A stretch of 64,000 nucleotides of DNA from Diplonema japonicum (GCA_964019335.1 OZ025653.1:372001-436000); one strand, 5' to 3'; counted from the stretch's first letter, positions 10,505-21,953 are shown. The notes: generated by a model from the letters alone, not told the origin. Numbers and translations: made by a program.

Positions 10505-12853
10505 AGCTAAGCCCTATCGCCCTGTGGTGACTATGTGACAGAATAAGAGAATTAACAGTCTTTCCAAATACCATACAACGTAGCGTGGGGTAGGAAAGAA
10601 AGGTAAGAACTCGGGGAGGGGAGGGGGAGGGGGGGGTGATAACGGATTTGGGATCATTATGTACTGTGAAGAGTTCCAAATTGGGTCAAATATCCGAAAA
10701 AAGTACATAAGTTTCTCAGTACGTAAATGCAGTACATAATAATCTCAAATCAGGTATTTTAAAACGCCATTTTAGAACGGGTTTTCTTTTCTTTCTTTCT
10801 TTTTTTTTTTCCCCCTCTCATTAACTAACAAAATAAGGATAGGGGTGGTGTGGGGATGGAACTAAGAGGTACAGTACAACAGACCGACCTTAAAAAAAAA
10901 ACCTTTTCTTTTTTTTTTCTCCTCCCCTTCATCCTACTTTAGCTGTTTCCTTTTTCTTAAAAAGAAAAATAAATCCACTTAATAGTACTTACTTTACAAG
11001 CCATTAAAAAAAAATCACTCTTTGACATTTTTGATTCATTATTCACATTCTGGTGGGGATTAAGGGGGGTGGGGGAGGAAAAGAAATAATCAGATTTAAA
11101 AAAAGGGATCCTTTTCCGAATTAGAAAGGAGAGTCCTTTTTTTTTTCCAATGTTGTAAGGTATGGCTTCAAGTACCTTCGTCGGAAATTTTCCAACGGGG
11201 AAGGGAGAGGGGGGAAACTAACTTCTTTGGGGTTGCTGCGTATTTTCTTTCGGGAAAAAAAAAAAATTCATTTCGGTACTTGTGAGGAAAAAGTTTTTTA
11301 TTTTTATTTTTTCCTCGGTCCCAAGAAAAGCCATAGTAACCCCCGAGGACATGGGTCCTCTTATGGAGGTGAGCCGAAAATCTTCTTCACCCGACGGGGG
11401 GGAGGTCAAAAAATGAAAACCTCCGAGAAAGTTTACGCCGATTTGACACCTTTGTAAAAAAGAAGAAAAAAGAAAAAAAAAATCACTATGATTGGAAACG
11501 AAGTGGTCAGCAACGGCCCACAAAAAAGAAAAAAAATGGGGCTTTGATTGCAACACTAGGTGGCGTTAAGCGTGCAATGAAAGAAACTGATAGATTTCGG
11601 TGTGCGGGTGCTCACCGTTGAATAAAAAAAAAAGCTTTTGCATCACATTCAGAAACATATATTTCCAACCTCTTTTGCTTTAACCCTCAAGCAAGGTGTA
11701 CCGGGTAAAGCTAAGAAGCTAAAAATTTATTTCGCACCTTTTTTCTCAACTCCATTTAAAGCTTTCCCTCTACATTTTTTTTCCCCCTTTTTCTTTTTGC
11801 TACGCTCCCCCCCCTCTTTTATTCCATGCGTGCGTTAATATGTTACGAATTTCGATCCAATAAAGTGGTTATTTGTAAACACATAACGGCTTTCCACAAT
11901 ATTTTTCTTTCTTTCTTTTTTTTTTTTCCCTCTTTTTTTTGACAACAAATAGCAAGGGTTTCAGTTTTCTTTTTTTTTTTTTTGAAGTGACGGGAAAAGG
12001 AAAAAAAAAATAGATCATATCCTCCCCAGTGTGTAGGGGGGTGCTCACCTTCATGCTGCGAGGGGGGACTCTCGCCTTCTGCTTTGAGGGGCACCTCAAG
12101 GTACTGGTTATAATAATAATACTTAGAAAAAAAAAAAGAAACTAGTTATACAACACAATTCACTGTGATGACTACTGCTTTGGATGTCGGATAAAAAAAA
12201 TAATAAAATAAAGAAATAGGGTATCATATCCCTTTTTTTTCCCTCTTTTTTTTCTTTTTTCTCTCCTATTTTTTTTTTTTCTTTTTTTGTAATATCATCT
12301 GATTTCAGAGATTTAAGAGGGGTTGCATTGAAGAAGAAAAGAGGCGGGGTGGGGAGAGAGGGAGAGAGCAGGAGACAGGTTCTTTTTTTTTTTTTTTTTT
12401 TTTTTTTTGCGTTTTTTGTTCTCTCCTTCTTGTTAGTACCCATGAAGAAAAGAGAAGAGTCAAATGAGGGGAAACAAAAAATTTCATTTTTTTTTTTTTT
12501 TTTCTTCTTTCACCACCCCCCCGCGTGACGGCATACTGCATTCTTTGAACTTTTGTTGAGGTGTGGTATGGCGGCGATGTTTAAGGGCAAATCCAACTTG
12601 AGGACCACCCCCCTAGGGGCGGGGTCCATCTCGTGAAATGCTCCTTTTCTGGAGCCTCGCATTGCGTTCCGGATACGGATATTGGCGTCTAACGAATACA
12701 GTTGATGCGGCCTCTCTTCAGCCTGTCCTGGGCCTCTCGAGGCGAAGATGGGTTTCTTTGCAAAGGCTTATCGCGGCTTTCTCTCCTAGATCTACGTGGT
12801 TGTCTTCGCTAACTGTGACTCCGAAAAAAAAAAAAAAAAATGAGGAAAAAAAA

Positions 12854-12884
<31 letters not shown>

Positions 12885-13035
12885 CGTTTTGGTGCTTTTT
12901 TTTTTTTTTTTTTTTTCCTTTTTTTTCTTCTTCTTTCGATTCTCAATCTTCCCTAATTGTGTTCGATATAATACAGCACCCGATTGTCAAACAATGGCTA
13001 AAAAAAAGGAAGGTGACATTTAATGTGATTGAGAT

Positions 13036-13072
<37 letters not shown>

Positions 13073-13369
13073 CCCACTGTTCGAGCGGTTTGTACAACCC
13101 CAATGACCCACCAAAAAAAAAAAAAGAAATCGAAAATAAAGAATAGGGTGGAGAAGCATTTGTTCATTTAGAAGTATCTTTTTTAAGGCTAATCTTCTTT
13201 AAGGCTCGTAAAAAGGGAAAGGGGGGAGAGAGATGAAAAAAAATGGGGGAAAAAAAAAACTAGACATTTCGAAAACATGGTTTGCGTTTTTTTTTGCATT
13301 CACCGACTAGCGTTGGGGTCACCTCTTCTGTCCCCTTTCGTGGAGCACCGGAAAGGAATTATAAAAAAA

Positions 13370-13852
13370 TAACTATTTATTGCCAACAAATAATGGCTCA
13401 TTTGGCGGCAAGTAAGTCGTTTTATTTCACTCTTCGTCATTTGAGTCACTCACTCTTCACTGCTTTCACTGCTGTTTTTTTTCACGCAGGTCAGCTTTTT
13501 GGGGATTTTCCTAAGGTAATACAGGGTAGCTATTTCGCCGTGGCATTTAAAGGGGAAGTAAGGCACTTATTCCCACTTTTAAGGGCTGGAATGGCCTCAG
13601 ATGGCCAAAAATAGTCAAAATACCCCCACCCCAAAAAAATTTTTCAAGGGGTTGGGTGCATTTTTTTCCACGACAAGACCCATTTTTTCACTCTGAAGGG
13701 CCATTATTTAACTGCAAAATCTCATTATTTAACTAGTTAAATAATGGCGATTTCGCGTTAAATAATGGCCGTTTCGCGTTAAATAATGGCCATTTCGCGT
13801 TAAATAATGAGGCCCCTAGTGAGTGAAGAAAATGACGAAGAGTGAAATAAAA
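13370..13852 (+). mobile_element. Crypton-like non-autonomous element B (subfamily of A; hairpin core deleted)
   Basis: Starts TAACTATTTATT. Perfect 23-bp IR 13420-13442 vs 13830-13852, extended across a GA/GA mismatch. High identity to A; A-tract flanks. Confidence 0.85.
13736..13809. repeat. 21-bp tandem repeat (GTTAAATAATGGCnnTTTCGC, about 3.5 copies) inside element B
   Basis: GTTAAATAATG at 13736, 13757, 13778 and 13799. Confidence 0.9.
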
Positions 13853-14057
13853 AAAAAAAAGCAACCCAAACAACACGCACACGAACGCCAAAAAAAAAAA
13901 AAAAAAAAAAAAAAAAGGAAATTGGCAGCAAACTTAAAACTTACTTAGGAAGAGAAAAAGAAACGAAATAAAAAGCAACAAAAAAAAAAAAAAAAAGGGT
14001 AGGAAGGAAAGGTGGCAGGATTGGTTTCTCTTTTTTTTTTTCTTCTCGTTCAACATT

Positions 14058-17000
14058 TTAAATCACAAGCTCAGCGAGCATAGTAGCACTCCGTTTCGGC
14101 AAAGGAATGGAAGGAGTGACAGGGGAGGGCGTATTGAGACAGGAAGAGCAGAGCACGTAAGCACATTTCGTGCAGCCAAAGGCCTGAGCAGAAACGTGAA
14201 TATTCCACGGGGAACCCCTACAACGGTCGCAGTGAGTACCCAGTGAAGGGGTGGCAAGGGGCTCAGTTATATGCCCCAACGGGCAAGGGAGCAAAGCAGA
14301 CGTCAAGCAAGCAGTCGAATCAGTCACCGTCCACCTTCCGGACACCCCGCGTAGCAGCCATCCGCTGGAACGAAGCAGGACCTCTAACCCCTGCTGACCG
14401 CCGTGCACGACTCTAAATGATGCAGCCGCACGGCACTCCTTCCTGCTCACCTTGATGTCCACCACGTTGCTCAGCCGCGTGACCAGCCGCTGCGACACGG
14501 ACGCCTTCAAAGCCGATATCAACCTCTCAGACGACAGCATCGGGCACTCCCCCTGCAGCATCAGCAGGCACGTCACATCATCCTGTTCTGCGTCGACTGT
14601 AGGCACCGTCCTCATCCTAGGCACGCTGTTCCACGTGCCCACCATGCTGACGCGTGGGCTCCTGCGTGGTGTGTACCGTCTGACAACAGAGGGCTGCGAG
14701 AAGACATTCTGGGGTAGACCCACCACGATGTGCCCCAGTAGCACCATGACACCGGCAGTTGCAGCACTGGCTGTTTTGCTCATTTCTCGGCACTCCAGCC
14801 ACGCCACCACGTCACACGTCAACGCAGACTCAGCACCACGCATAACGTCGTTCATGTACCGCCCCGCACCTGCACGCGACAGAGTGTGCTGCAAGATGCC
14901 CTCTCCACCGTTCCCAGCGATGCTGAGCCCGTTCATATAGGTCGCAGCACCACGAATCGAGCCGTGCTGCTGCACGAGGCACATTCTGATTAGCTCCTTT
15001 ACAGGAGTAGCCACCCGCCAGCTGGCTGCTGCGGCACCGAGTACAATGCAGGCAGCAACGAGCTCCTCAGATGGCTTGAAAATAATTTCGCGACTAGACC
15101 TCCAGCTCTTTCTGCAGGGTGTCCTTGTAGGTGTAGATGTGGCGGATGTGCCAATGGGGGTGATGCTAGGTGTCAGCCCTGGTGTCGAAGTGGGTCCCGG
15201 TGTCCTCCAGTGCTCAGGCACTTCTAATTGGATCTCATCAGGCCGGCGACACACCTCTGCCTGAGGTTCAGAGACGGGCAGCAGAGGAGGGGGGCGATGG
15301 AGGCGGGTGCGCCTCACTTGGCGTGGTATGCTGCTGTTTCGTGACAGACTCAACAGTGTGACAGAAGGAGTCAAGCCTTGCAGCGAAAATTGCGACACTG
15401 GTGTTCTGGGCACAGGTAAAGAAACACAGGCTGTTGCATTATCGATACAGGCAGCAGCGATAGCAGCAGACAGCACGGACACAGCAAGAGCTCTTCTCGA
15501 GGACGCAACCTCCCACGCCAACAGTCCCGCAGCCTCCGCGATCCCCATGCTGCCCCTTTTGTCAACTGTGACGTCAGGCTCCTTTAAGGCAGTTACCTCG
15601 TCCTTCAGGCGCTGAAGTGCTTCTGCTACTCTTGGAGACAACTTGTCGTTTGGTGCATCACCCAGGGCAGTGTCGCTGGGTGTCGTAGCCTCAGGTGTTT
15701 CGAGTGCTTCAATCCATTGCCTTACACGCGAGAGGCGTACCAACGTTGTCTTGTCGTCAGCACCCATTTCCCTGAGCTCTGTCTCGATCAACCTCAGGAC
15801 TGCTCGCTTGCGTTGTTCAGCAACTGGTCCAAGTTGTGACTCGCTAGAGGTGCTCTTGCTGTGCTTCGACCCCTCTTGTGACGCACTGTCTTGGTTACTG
15901 CGCGTGTCTGACGTCTTTTCCTCATCTGACGGCACCAACACGCTCTGCTCCATGGGGATCATAAGTGACACCTTCTTCTCCTTCGTCTCGTCATCGGACA
16001 CGTTGCTTTTTGCGGGCTGCAGGCCCATCTCAGACACGCTGCCTGCAGTGAAGATGCTCCGCGTCAAATTCAACTTGTCGTCTTCGTCCTCGTCCACCTC
16101 CTGCACGTCAATCACTTCCACAGCAGGTGCTTCTTTGACTATGGCCTGCTTTTCTGGTTCATCTGCCTTCACATCTTCAATAGGGCTGTACTTCCGCACC
16201 CAGCGCCTGCGTCGCACGCAACACGTCGGTCCCCTCTTTTTCTGGAACTTGAAGTGCACACCGTGATCGGGGAAATCGCTCGCGAAAGTCCACCCCTCCT
16301 TGCCGGCACCTTCCATGTCGATGAACCAGTCACCATCCCACTCGCAGTCTTTGGGCGGCTCAACCATGTCCTTTTTAAACATGCCTCCTTTTCCGTTTTT
16401 TCTCGACCAAATAGGTCGGTCTGTGGGCAACATGGTTGTACCAAAACCCTTTACTGGCAGCCATCTTTGGTTTTCGTATGTTTCACAAACGCCAGACCCT
16501 ACTGCACGCAACTTCTTCACTTCCGTAACGAGTTCTTTGACGCGCTGCTGGAGTGCCTCCTCGTTGGATCCCATCGTGCCCAAAGGCAGCACTGCGATGT
16601 CAGCCATGGGCTTCCAGCTGCGTGGCGCACCAGGCTTCGTGTGTTCGGCTACGGCCCATCTCGGAACCTGGTGTGGGAGGTTGCCCATGTTCGGTTCCGT
16701 GGAGCGGATACCCGCAGAGCCGTGTGCCATGCCTGCAGCGTGTTCAGTGAATTGCCAATGGCCGTGTGTCCCGCAGTAGATCCTCTTGTCGTCCAGCTTC
16801 CATATGGGGAGGTGGTTGTGCTTCTCTGTCTCTGCAAGTTCGAACTTCCCGTTGTACTTTGGGATCGCGGGGCACAGCACGTCAAGGGTCTTCGGTGCGT
16901 TGTGCACCATCTGCCTAGAGAGGGCCTCTTTCATCTCGTCCACACGGGCAGTGGTGCTGCGCAGCGCGTTTCCCATAGATGTCCCCACGTCCACCACTTC

Positions 17001-17720
17001 GATATTGATCTCTCCAGGCACCCAGCTCTTGCGGACGGCACATGCTATCTTCCAAAATTTCAAATTGTAAGGCAGCTTGCTAGGGTCACACGGTTCCGAT
17101 TTGATAAACTTTTTCTCTTTACCGCTCACGAAGTCGGACAGCGCCCAGTGCGTTTCCTTTGTGTCGTACCACAAGCGGAAGGTGCTGTATGCCCAGCAAG
17201 GCTGCCCGTCGATGAGGTCCACGAGGTCGTACAGGCCCTGCGAGTGGGGCTTGTGCCTACAAGAGAAGTACAAGCGTGTTTTGAATTCCACTTTGATGAG
17301 TGGAAGCTGTGGTGTAGGGACCCATTCCTTGCGCTTCATGTTTGCAACCTTCCACGCTTTCATGGAGTAAGGGGGCTTCCCTCCGTGCGGCTCGCTGGAC
17401 TTTAGTAGTCCAGGGAGCCCGCCTGCCTGCTTCATCCCAGGGTTGTCGCAGATCATGTAGTGCATGTTCTTCCCATCCGCATATGTGTACACCCTGCAAG
17501 GGCCAGGGGAGGCTACAGAATATCCAAGCCTTGGGTCGATAGGCCCCGCCCACACCGGCAGGCCCTCATGCCTGCATCCCTCTAGACGAACGTACACACC
17601 CTGAAGCTCCTTAATATCCACGCAGCCCCTGTTCACCCGTTCGGACCCCCAGCACGACCTCACGTAGAGTCGCACATGGTTCTCAGATGCTAGAATGCGT
17701 GATTCACTACGGCCTGACAT
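14058..17720 (-). CDS. Large protein with three N-terminal beta-rich repeats, a DysF (dysferlin/Pex24-like) domain and a C-terminal Cys-rich finger
   Basis: YENQRW...WFID...EGWTFA.DF...VRRRRWVR is the DysF signature; likely start MSGRSES at 17720. Confidence 0.85.
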   Translation of the reverse strand: MSGRSESRILASENHVRLYVRSCWGSERVNRGCVDIKELQGVYVRLEGCRHEGLPVWAGPIDPRLGYSVASPGPCRVYTYADGKNMHYMICDNPGMKQAGGLPGLLKSSEPHGGKPPYSMKAWKVANMKRKEWVPTPQLPLIKVEFKTRLYFSCRHKPHSQGLYDLVDLIDGQPCWAYSTFRLWYDTKETHWALSDFVSGKEKKFIKSEPCDPSKLPYNLKFWKIACAVRKSWVPGEINIEVVDVGTSMGNALRSTTARVDEMKEALSRQMVHNAPKTLDVLCPAIPKYNGKFELAETEKHNHLPIWKLDDKRIYCGTHGHWQFTEHAAGMAHGSAGIRSTEPNMGNLPHQVPRWAVAEHTKPGAPRSWKPMADIAVLPLGTMGSNEEALQQRVKELVTEVKKLRAVGSGVCETYENQRWLPVKGFGTTMLPTDRPIWSRKNGKGGMFKKDMVEPPKDCEWDGDWFIDMEGAGKEGWTFASDFPDHGVHFKFQKKRGPTCCVRRRRWVRKYSPIEDVKADEPEKQAIVKEAPAVEVIDVQEVDEDEDDKLNLTRSIFTAGSVSEMGLQPAKSNVSDDETKEKKVSLMIPMEQSVLVPSDEEKTSDTRSNQDSASQEGSKHSKSTSSESQLGPVAEQRKRAVLRLIETELREMGADDKTTLVRLSRVRQWIEALETPEATTPSDTALGDAPNDKLSPRVAEALQRLKDEVTALKEPDVTVDKRGSMGIAEAAGLLAWEVASSRRALAVSVLSAAIAAACIDNATACVSLPVPRTPVSQFSLQGLTPSVTLLSLSRNSSIPRQVRRTRLHRPPPLLPVSEPQAEVCRRPDEIQLEVPEHWRTPGPTSTPGLTPSITPIGTSATSTPTRTPCRKSWRSSREIIFKPSEELVAACIVLGAAAASWRVATPVKELIRMCLVQQHGSIRGAATYMNGLSIAGNGGEGILQHTLSRAGAGRYMNDVMRGAESALTCDVVAWLECREMSKTASAATAGVMVLLGHIVVGLPQNVFSQPSVVRRYTPRRSPRVSMVGTWNSVPRMRTVPTVDAEQDDVTCLLMLQGECPMLSSERLISALKASVSQRLVTRLSNVVDIKVSRKECRAAASFRVVHGGQQGLEVLLRSSGWLLRGVSGRWTVTDSTACLTSALLPCPLGHITEPLATPSLGTHCDRCRGSPWNIHVSAQAFGCTKCAYVLCSSCLNTPSPVTPSIPLPKRSATMLAELVI

Positions 17721-17867
17721 GGCATGACTGGTGTTTTTTTCTTTTTTTTTTTCTTTTTTTCTTAATTCTCTTCCCTCCTTTAGGTTTTTTTTTTTTTTTT
17801 TTTTTTTTTTAAACAAGGAATGTTTTTTTTTCTTTTTTTTTTTTCTCTTTTTGTGTCATTGCTCCAT

Positions 17868-18457
17868 TTAAGGATTCCACTCTTTTATCAAAGATTCTAG
17901 TATGAGGTCGAAACGTTCTACACGAATAGGCTGCCCGATCCCAAACTGGTCCACCTCGTAGAAAGGGTTCTTGAGAACGTAGTCAGTGTACCGGACATAG
18001 ACAGCTTCCAGGAACTGGGTGGGTTTTCTCACATTTTTTTTTCTTTTTTTTTTTTTCGCATACAGCCGTGGCGTTGTGGAAACTGCTCTCAGTGGAGCAC
18101 AGGAATTTTATCCCGGTTGCGCTCTCGAAGCAGAAAAATTTAAACCCGTCAGCTTCAATAACTTCAATACCACCGCACTCGCCTGGAAATAGGGTGGGAG
18201 GGGGGGGATGAATGACAAGAAACATACCTGGTATTTGTGGTGCGAATTCCTTACTAATGGCATGCATCCCATGGAACATGCCGCTAATCTTTAACAAAGC
18301 GTTCACTTCCAACTGCGCTTTTCCAACAAAATCCTTTTTTTTTTTTGTTTTTTTTTTTTTTTTTCTTCGCCCACCATTATCATACCTTATTATACACCAG
18401 TCCACCAGATTTATTTATAATCCACAATGAGAAGATATTCGCTTTATTATGCGCCAT
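17868..18457 (-). CDS. TRAPPC4: TRAPP complex subunit Trs23/TRAPPC4 (sybindin family), 4 exons
   Basis: Spliced product reads MAHNKANIFSLWIINKSGGLVYNK|DFVG...FHGMHAIS...|...F.SATGIKF...|FLEAVYVRYTDYVLKNPFYE...QPIR. GT-AG introns at 18334-18385, 18183-18227 and 18015-18063. Confidence 0.92.
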
Positions 18458-18612
18458 ATTTTTATTTAAAAAATCTTTTTTTTTGTCGTCCGCCCCCCCC
18501 CCCCCCCCCCCCCCTACTTTTTTTTTGTTCTCCCTTATTTCTTCACACCTCAATATTTAAGAAAAAAGAACGAAAAGGGTGCGAAAATATAAAAGAAAAA
18601 TGGGATCAGGGG

Positions 18613-18643
<31 letters not shown>

Positions 18644-19122
18644 GAGGGACAATTTTCCTTTTTTTTTCTTTTGAAAAGAAAAGACGGGAAGAACTGGGAA
18701 AGAGGAGGGGGGGGGGGAAAAGAAGAAAGAGACTGTTTTTTTTAGAAAGAATTTAGTTTGTATCTCTTTATTTCTGCGTTCTCGAAGATGACGATGGATC
18801 TGAGAATGCTAATCTTTTTCTTTATTCCATATTCCGCGGGTTTGCCTCGTTTAAAAAAAAATTCTCACAGGGAGGAGAAATAAAAAAGAAACTCGATAAT
18901 TCATGTGCGAGACATCGGAAGCCGAGGGGTGGCGCCCTGCACGAAGAAATGAAAACAAAAGAAGTAATAAGATGCTTTCAAAAAAAAAAAAAATGTAATC
19001 TTTTTTTCTTCTTTTTCTTTATCACTCAGAAAAAAGTAACTTCATTCGAGTGAAAAAAAAAGGGGGGGGAAAAAAGAATGGCGAAAAGCAAACTATACTA
19101 TTTCTTAAAAAATAATACACCC

Positions 19123-20394
19123 TTACTTCATCTGGACCTGCCCCTTGAAAGTGTTGCAGTTAAGGACGACGCTAGCGTGTTCAAACTCACGGGTGAACAC
19201 ACCTTCAGATGTGGAATGGCAGCTAGAAACAGGCGCACCGTAATTGGTGTCCATTTCCTTAGGGCGCTTGATGACAGGCTGGAGGGGGTCGAATTCAGCG
19301 CCCACTGGCCACGACATCCCCCAGATGCCTGCTCCTGCGTAAGCGTAGGGGCCACGCATGAGGAGGAAGGCAGCAATGTCTTCAGTCAACTGAGGCAGCG
19401 TAGTGTTGTTGGGCCCATGCATCTTAAGCCCGAAGATGAGCGGAAGGTCCTGGTACTTCGGGGTACCGCATGCCTCCGTCAGCATGGCTTTGCATGACCC
19501 GCTCTCCAGCAAGACAGGCTCTGCATTGGCGTTGGCCTGGCCAGGGATCAGCGACCACGTGTACCCCTTTGACTTCACAATCGCCTCCTGCGAAGCCGTC
19601 ATCGTGGTCAGCCACTCCTTCGTGATGCTCTCGATGTCCTGGTCAGTCAGACCCATGTCCACCTGCGAGTACCTGTTGATCTCGCTGGGCCCCTGCACAG
19701 GGTCGGAACACGAGCCATTGATGATGTTCGAGCACCAGTAGTCATCGATGAAGACACCGTCGATGTCAGGGTGCCCGACACCTGTGGCGCCCATGATGAA
19801 CTCGTTGACAAGGAATTCACGCAGCATGGTCCCGTTGCGGTGGTCCCACAGGTACTCCCCGCAGGGGTTCTTACCGCAGTCGCACTGGTCGATGCAGGCA
19901 CCATCGGGATGCGGGTTGCTGGGCGTCGGGTGTTCCGGAGTCTGCTCCTGGTCGTGGTAGAACTTGCTGCACTGCCCCGCCGTGCACGCAGGCACGTGGT
20001 ACGTCCCGTTCGGGCCGTCTTTGAACTTCAGGAACCACCCGCTGTACGCAGGGTCATCGAGCTTCACACGGACGCTGGTGAACCAGGGCAGCGCCTTTAC
20101 GAGGTTCCTGTAGGTGAAAACGTTGCTCGCAGGGTTCAGTTTCTTCGTGTTCACAGCCTGTGTCACGAGCCTCTCCTCGCAGTCCATGGGCTTCTGGTTC
20201 GCCCACTGTGCCTTGGCGTTGCTCCAGTCGTAGCTGCAGATGCCCCACTGCGCACCTAACTTGGGGTCGTACCACCCGGACATGTTGCACGCCATCTGGA
20301 TCGACGACATGCTCATGTTGTAGGTCGCTGGCCACGTGGGGTTCTGGTAGGGCAGGAAGCCCACCGCAAGCATCATGCTCAACTGAATCATCAT
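19123..20394 (-). CDS. Secreted putative glycoside hydrolase-like protein (TIM-barrel type, GHL15-like)
   Basis: Signal-like N-terminus MMIQLSMMLAVG; DGVFIDD motif; C-terminal VFTREFEHASVVLNC; high GC3. Confidence 0.65.
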   Translation of the reverse strand: MMIQLSMMLAVGFLPYQNPTWPATYNMSMSSIQMACNMSGWYDPKLGAQWGICSYDWSNAKAQWANQKPMDCEERLVTQAVNTKKLNPASNVFTYRNLVKALPWFTSVRVKLDDPAYSGWFLKFKDGPNGTYHVPACTAGQCSKFYHDQEQTPEHPTPSNPHPDGACIDQCDCGKNPCGEYLWDHRNGTMLREFLVNEFIMGATGVGHPDIDGVFIDDYWCSNIINGSCSDPVQGPSEINRYSQVDMGLTDQDIESITKEWLTTMTASQEAIVKSKGYTWSLIPGQANANAEPVLLESGSCKAMLTEACGTPKYQDLPLIFGLKMHGPNNTTLPQLTEDIAAFLLMRGPYAYAGAGIWGMSWPVGAEFDPLQPVIKRPKEMDTNYGAPVSSCHSTSEGVFTREFEHASVVLNCNTFKGQVQMK

Positions 20395-20949
20395 TGTGGC
20401 GTGTCTTACCTGTGGTGATGGGAGAGTCTTGTGGGATAAACTTTTTTTTTTTGCGGGAAGGAGCGAGATATTAAAAATAAAGATGACCCCACAGGGGATG
20501 TCACAAGGGGAGGAAGGAAGTTGTTGCACTTCAAATGAAAAAAATAAAGCAGAAAGGGAGGAGAAGAATAAGAGCCAGCTAGATTCAAGGAAATATTTTA
20601 GAGTTCATGGAGCCAATGGAAAAACAAAGAAAGTGAAAAAGATTGTGGGGAAAAAAAAAGAGAGGAGGAAGGAAAAAAAAGGGAACAAGAAGAAAGCCAC
20701 GCAGGGGGGAGGGTGGTTTTGCTTCCTTTGCCTTTCTTTTGTCGTGTCTCCCTCTCTTTTTTCATCTTTTTTCCACAACCGTCTTCTTCATATGTCCTTC
20801 ATAGAGTCCTGCCTCCTGTTTTACGGCGACACGTCACCAGTCAAAAGGATTAGTAAGGAAATACAAGTTTTGGGAATATGTTGTAACCGAACTTATGCCG
20901 GGTAGACTTTATTTGTTTCGGACCGGGGAAAATTATAAGAATAAGATTA

Positions 20950-21052
20950 CTGTAAAACAAAAAATCATCGAAAGATAAAATGTCCGTACCGCCGAAACAT
21001 TCGGTGATTTTATCTTCCAGACATTTTATCTTCAGCGGTTTTTGTTTTACAG
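20950..21052. mobile_element. 103-bp MITE with a TA target-site duplication (Tc1/mariner-type)
   Basis: TA|CTGTAAAACAAAAA...TTTTTGTTTTACAG|TA; imperfect TIR extends to about 33 bp; empty TA site in the paralogous spacer at 22413-22414. Confidence 0.9.
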
Positions 21053-21119
21053 TATTATTTTTTTTTGCTCAAGTGCTTTTTTCGGCTCAACATATTCCCG
21101 AATCAGGAAAATAATAATA

Positions 21120-21153
<34 letters not shown>

Positions 21154-21194
21154 AGTTCACATGTCATTTTATACGCTCAAACAATGAGAAGAGA

Positions 21195-21788
21195 TCAGAA
21201 CAGCCTGTTGATCTCCTCAACACCAGCCCTCAGGGCTCCTTCCGCATCCTTGGCCGTGTCTTCAGCACGAATAAAAGTAATATCCGTGAGGCCCACGAAA
21301 CCGAGAAGCTGTGTCAGATAAGGTGTGAGGGTGTCGTATGGCTTGCCTGCGTAGGCACCACCACTTGCGACAAGAACGTAGACCTTCTTCCCCTTGAGGA
21401 GACCTGCGGGGCCTGTTGCGGTATAGCCGAAGGTAACCCCAGCACGGAGGAGGCGGTCAATCCAAGCCTTGAGGGTGGACGGGACTCCAAAGTTGTACAT
21501 GGAGACGGACAAGGCAAGGACATCTGCGTCTTGTACCTCCTTGATGATTTCATCGGACACCGCCGCAAGTCGTTTCTGTTCTGCCGTCCGCTCCCCTTCA
21601 GGAACACTCCATGCCCCCATCTCTTCACTGCTCAGGTGGGCGAGAGGCTTCGCCCCCACGTCGCGAATGGTGGGCTTCACACCCCCACCCAGCTGCGATA
21701 GGAACGCCTCTGCAAGCCTGTTCGAGCACCCCTTCTCCCCGTTCATGCTGCTCTTCACAACAAGTACCTTCTGCATTGTCTTCGACAT
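21195..21788 (-). CDS. azoR: FMN-dependent NADH-azoreductase (AzoR/AcpD, flavodoxin-like), copy 1
   Basis: MYNFGVPSTLKAWID, AGVTFGYT..GP.GLL and ASGGAY motifs. Confidence 0.92.
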   Translation of the reverse strand: MSKTMQKVLVVKSSMNGEKGCSNRLAEAFLSQLGGGVKPTIRDVGAKPLAHLSSEEMGAWSVPEGERTAEQKRLAAVSDEIIKEVQDADVLALSVSMYNFGVPSTLKAWIDRLLRAGVTFGYTATGPAGLLKGKKVYVLVASGGAYAGKPYDTLTPYLTQLLGFVGLTDITFIRAEDTAKDAEGALRAGVEEINRLF

Positions 21789-21953
21789 CTTGGGGATGAG
21801 TTGGGTTGGAAGAGTCTTGTGGATAAACCTTTTTTTTGTAATGGATTATGCGGTGGGGGGGGGGGGGTGAAAAGGGAACGGGATATATAAAAATAAAGAT
21901 GACCCCACAGAGGATGTCACAAAGGGAGGAAGGAAGTTGTTGAACTTCAAACG

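Noticed and set aside
12540-12822. GC-balanced island with a hairpin near 12600-12633; possible exon or ncRNA
   Set aside because: The minus-strand frames I read contain stops, and I found no convincing snoRNA boxes or splice model
13736-13809. Regularly spaced repeats resembling a CRISPR array
   Set aside because: Near-identical tandem units with no unique spacers, eukaryotic context, no cas genes
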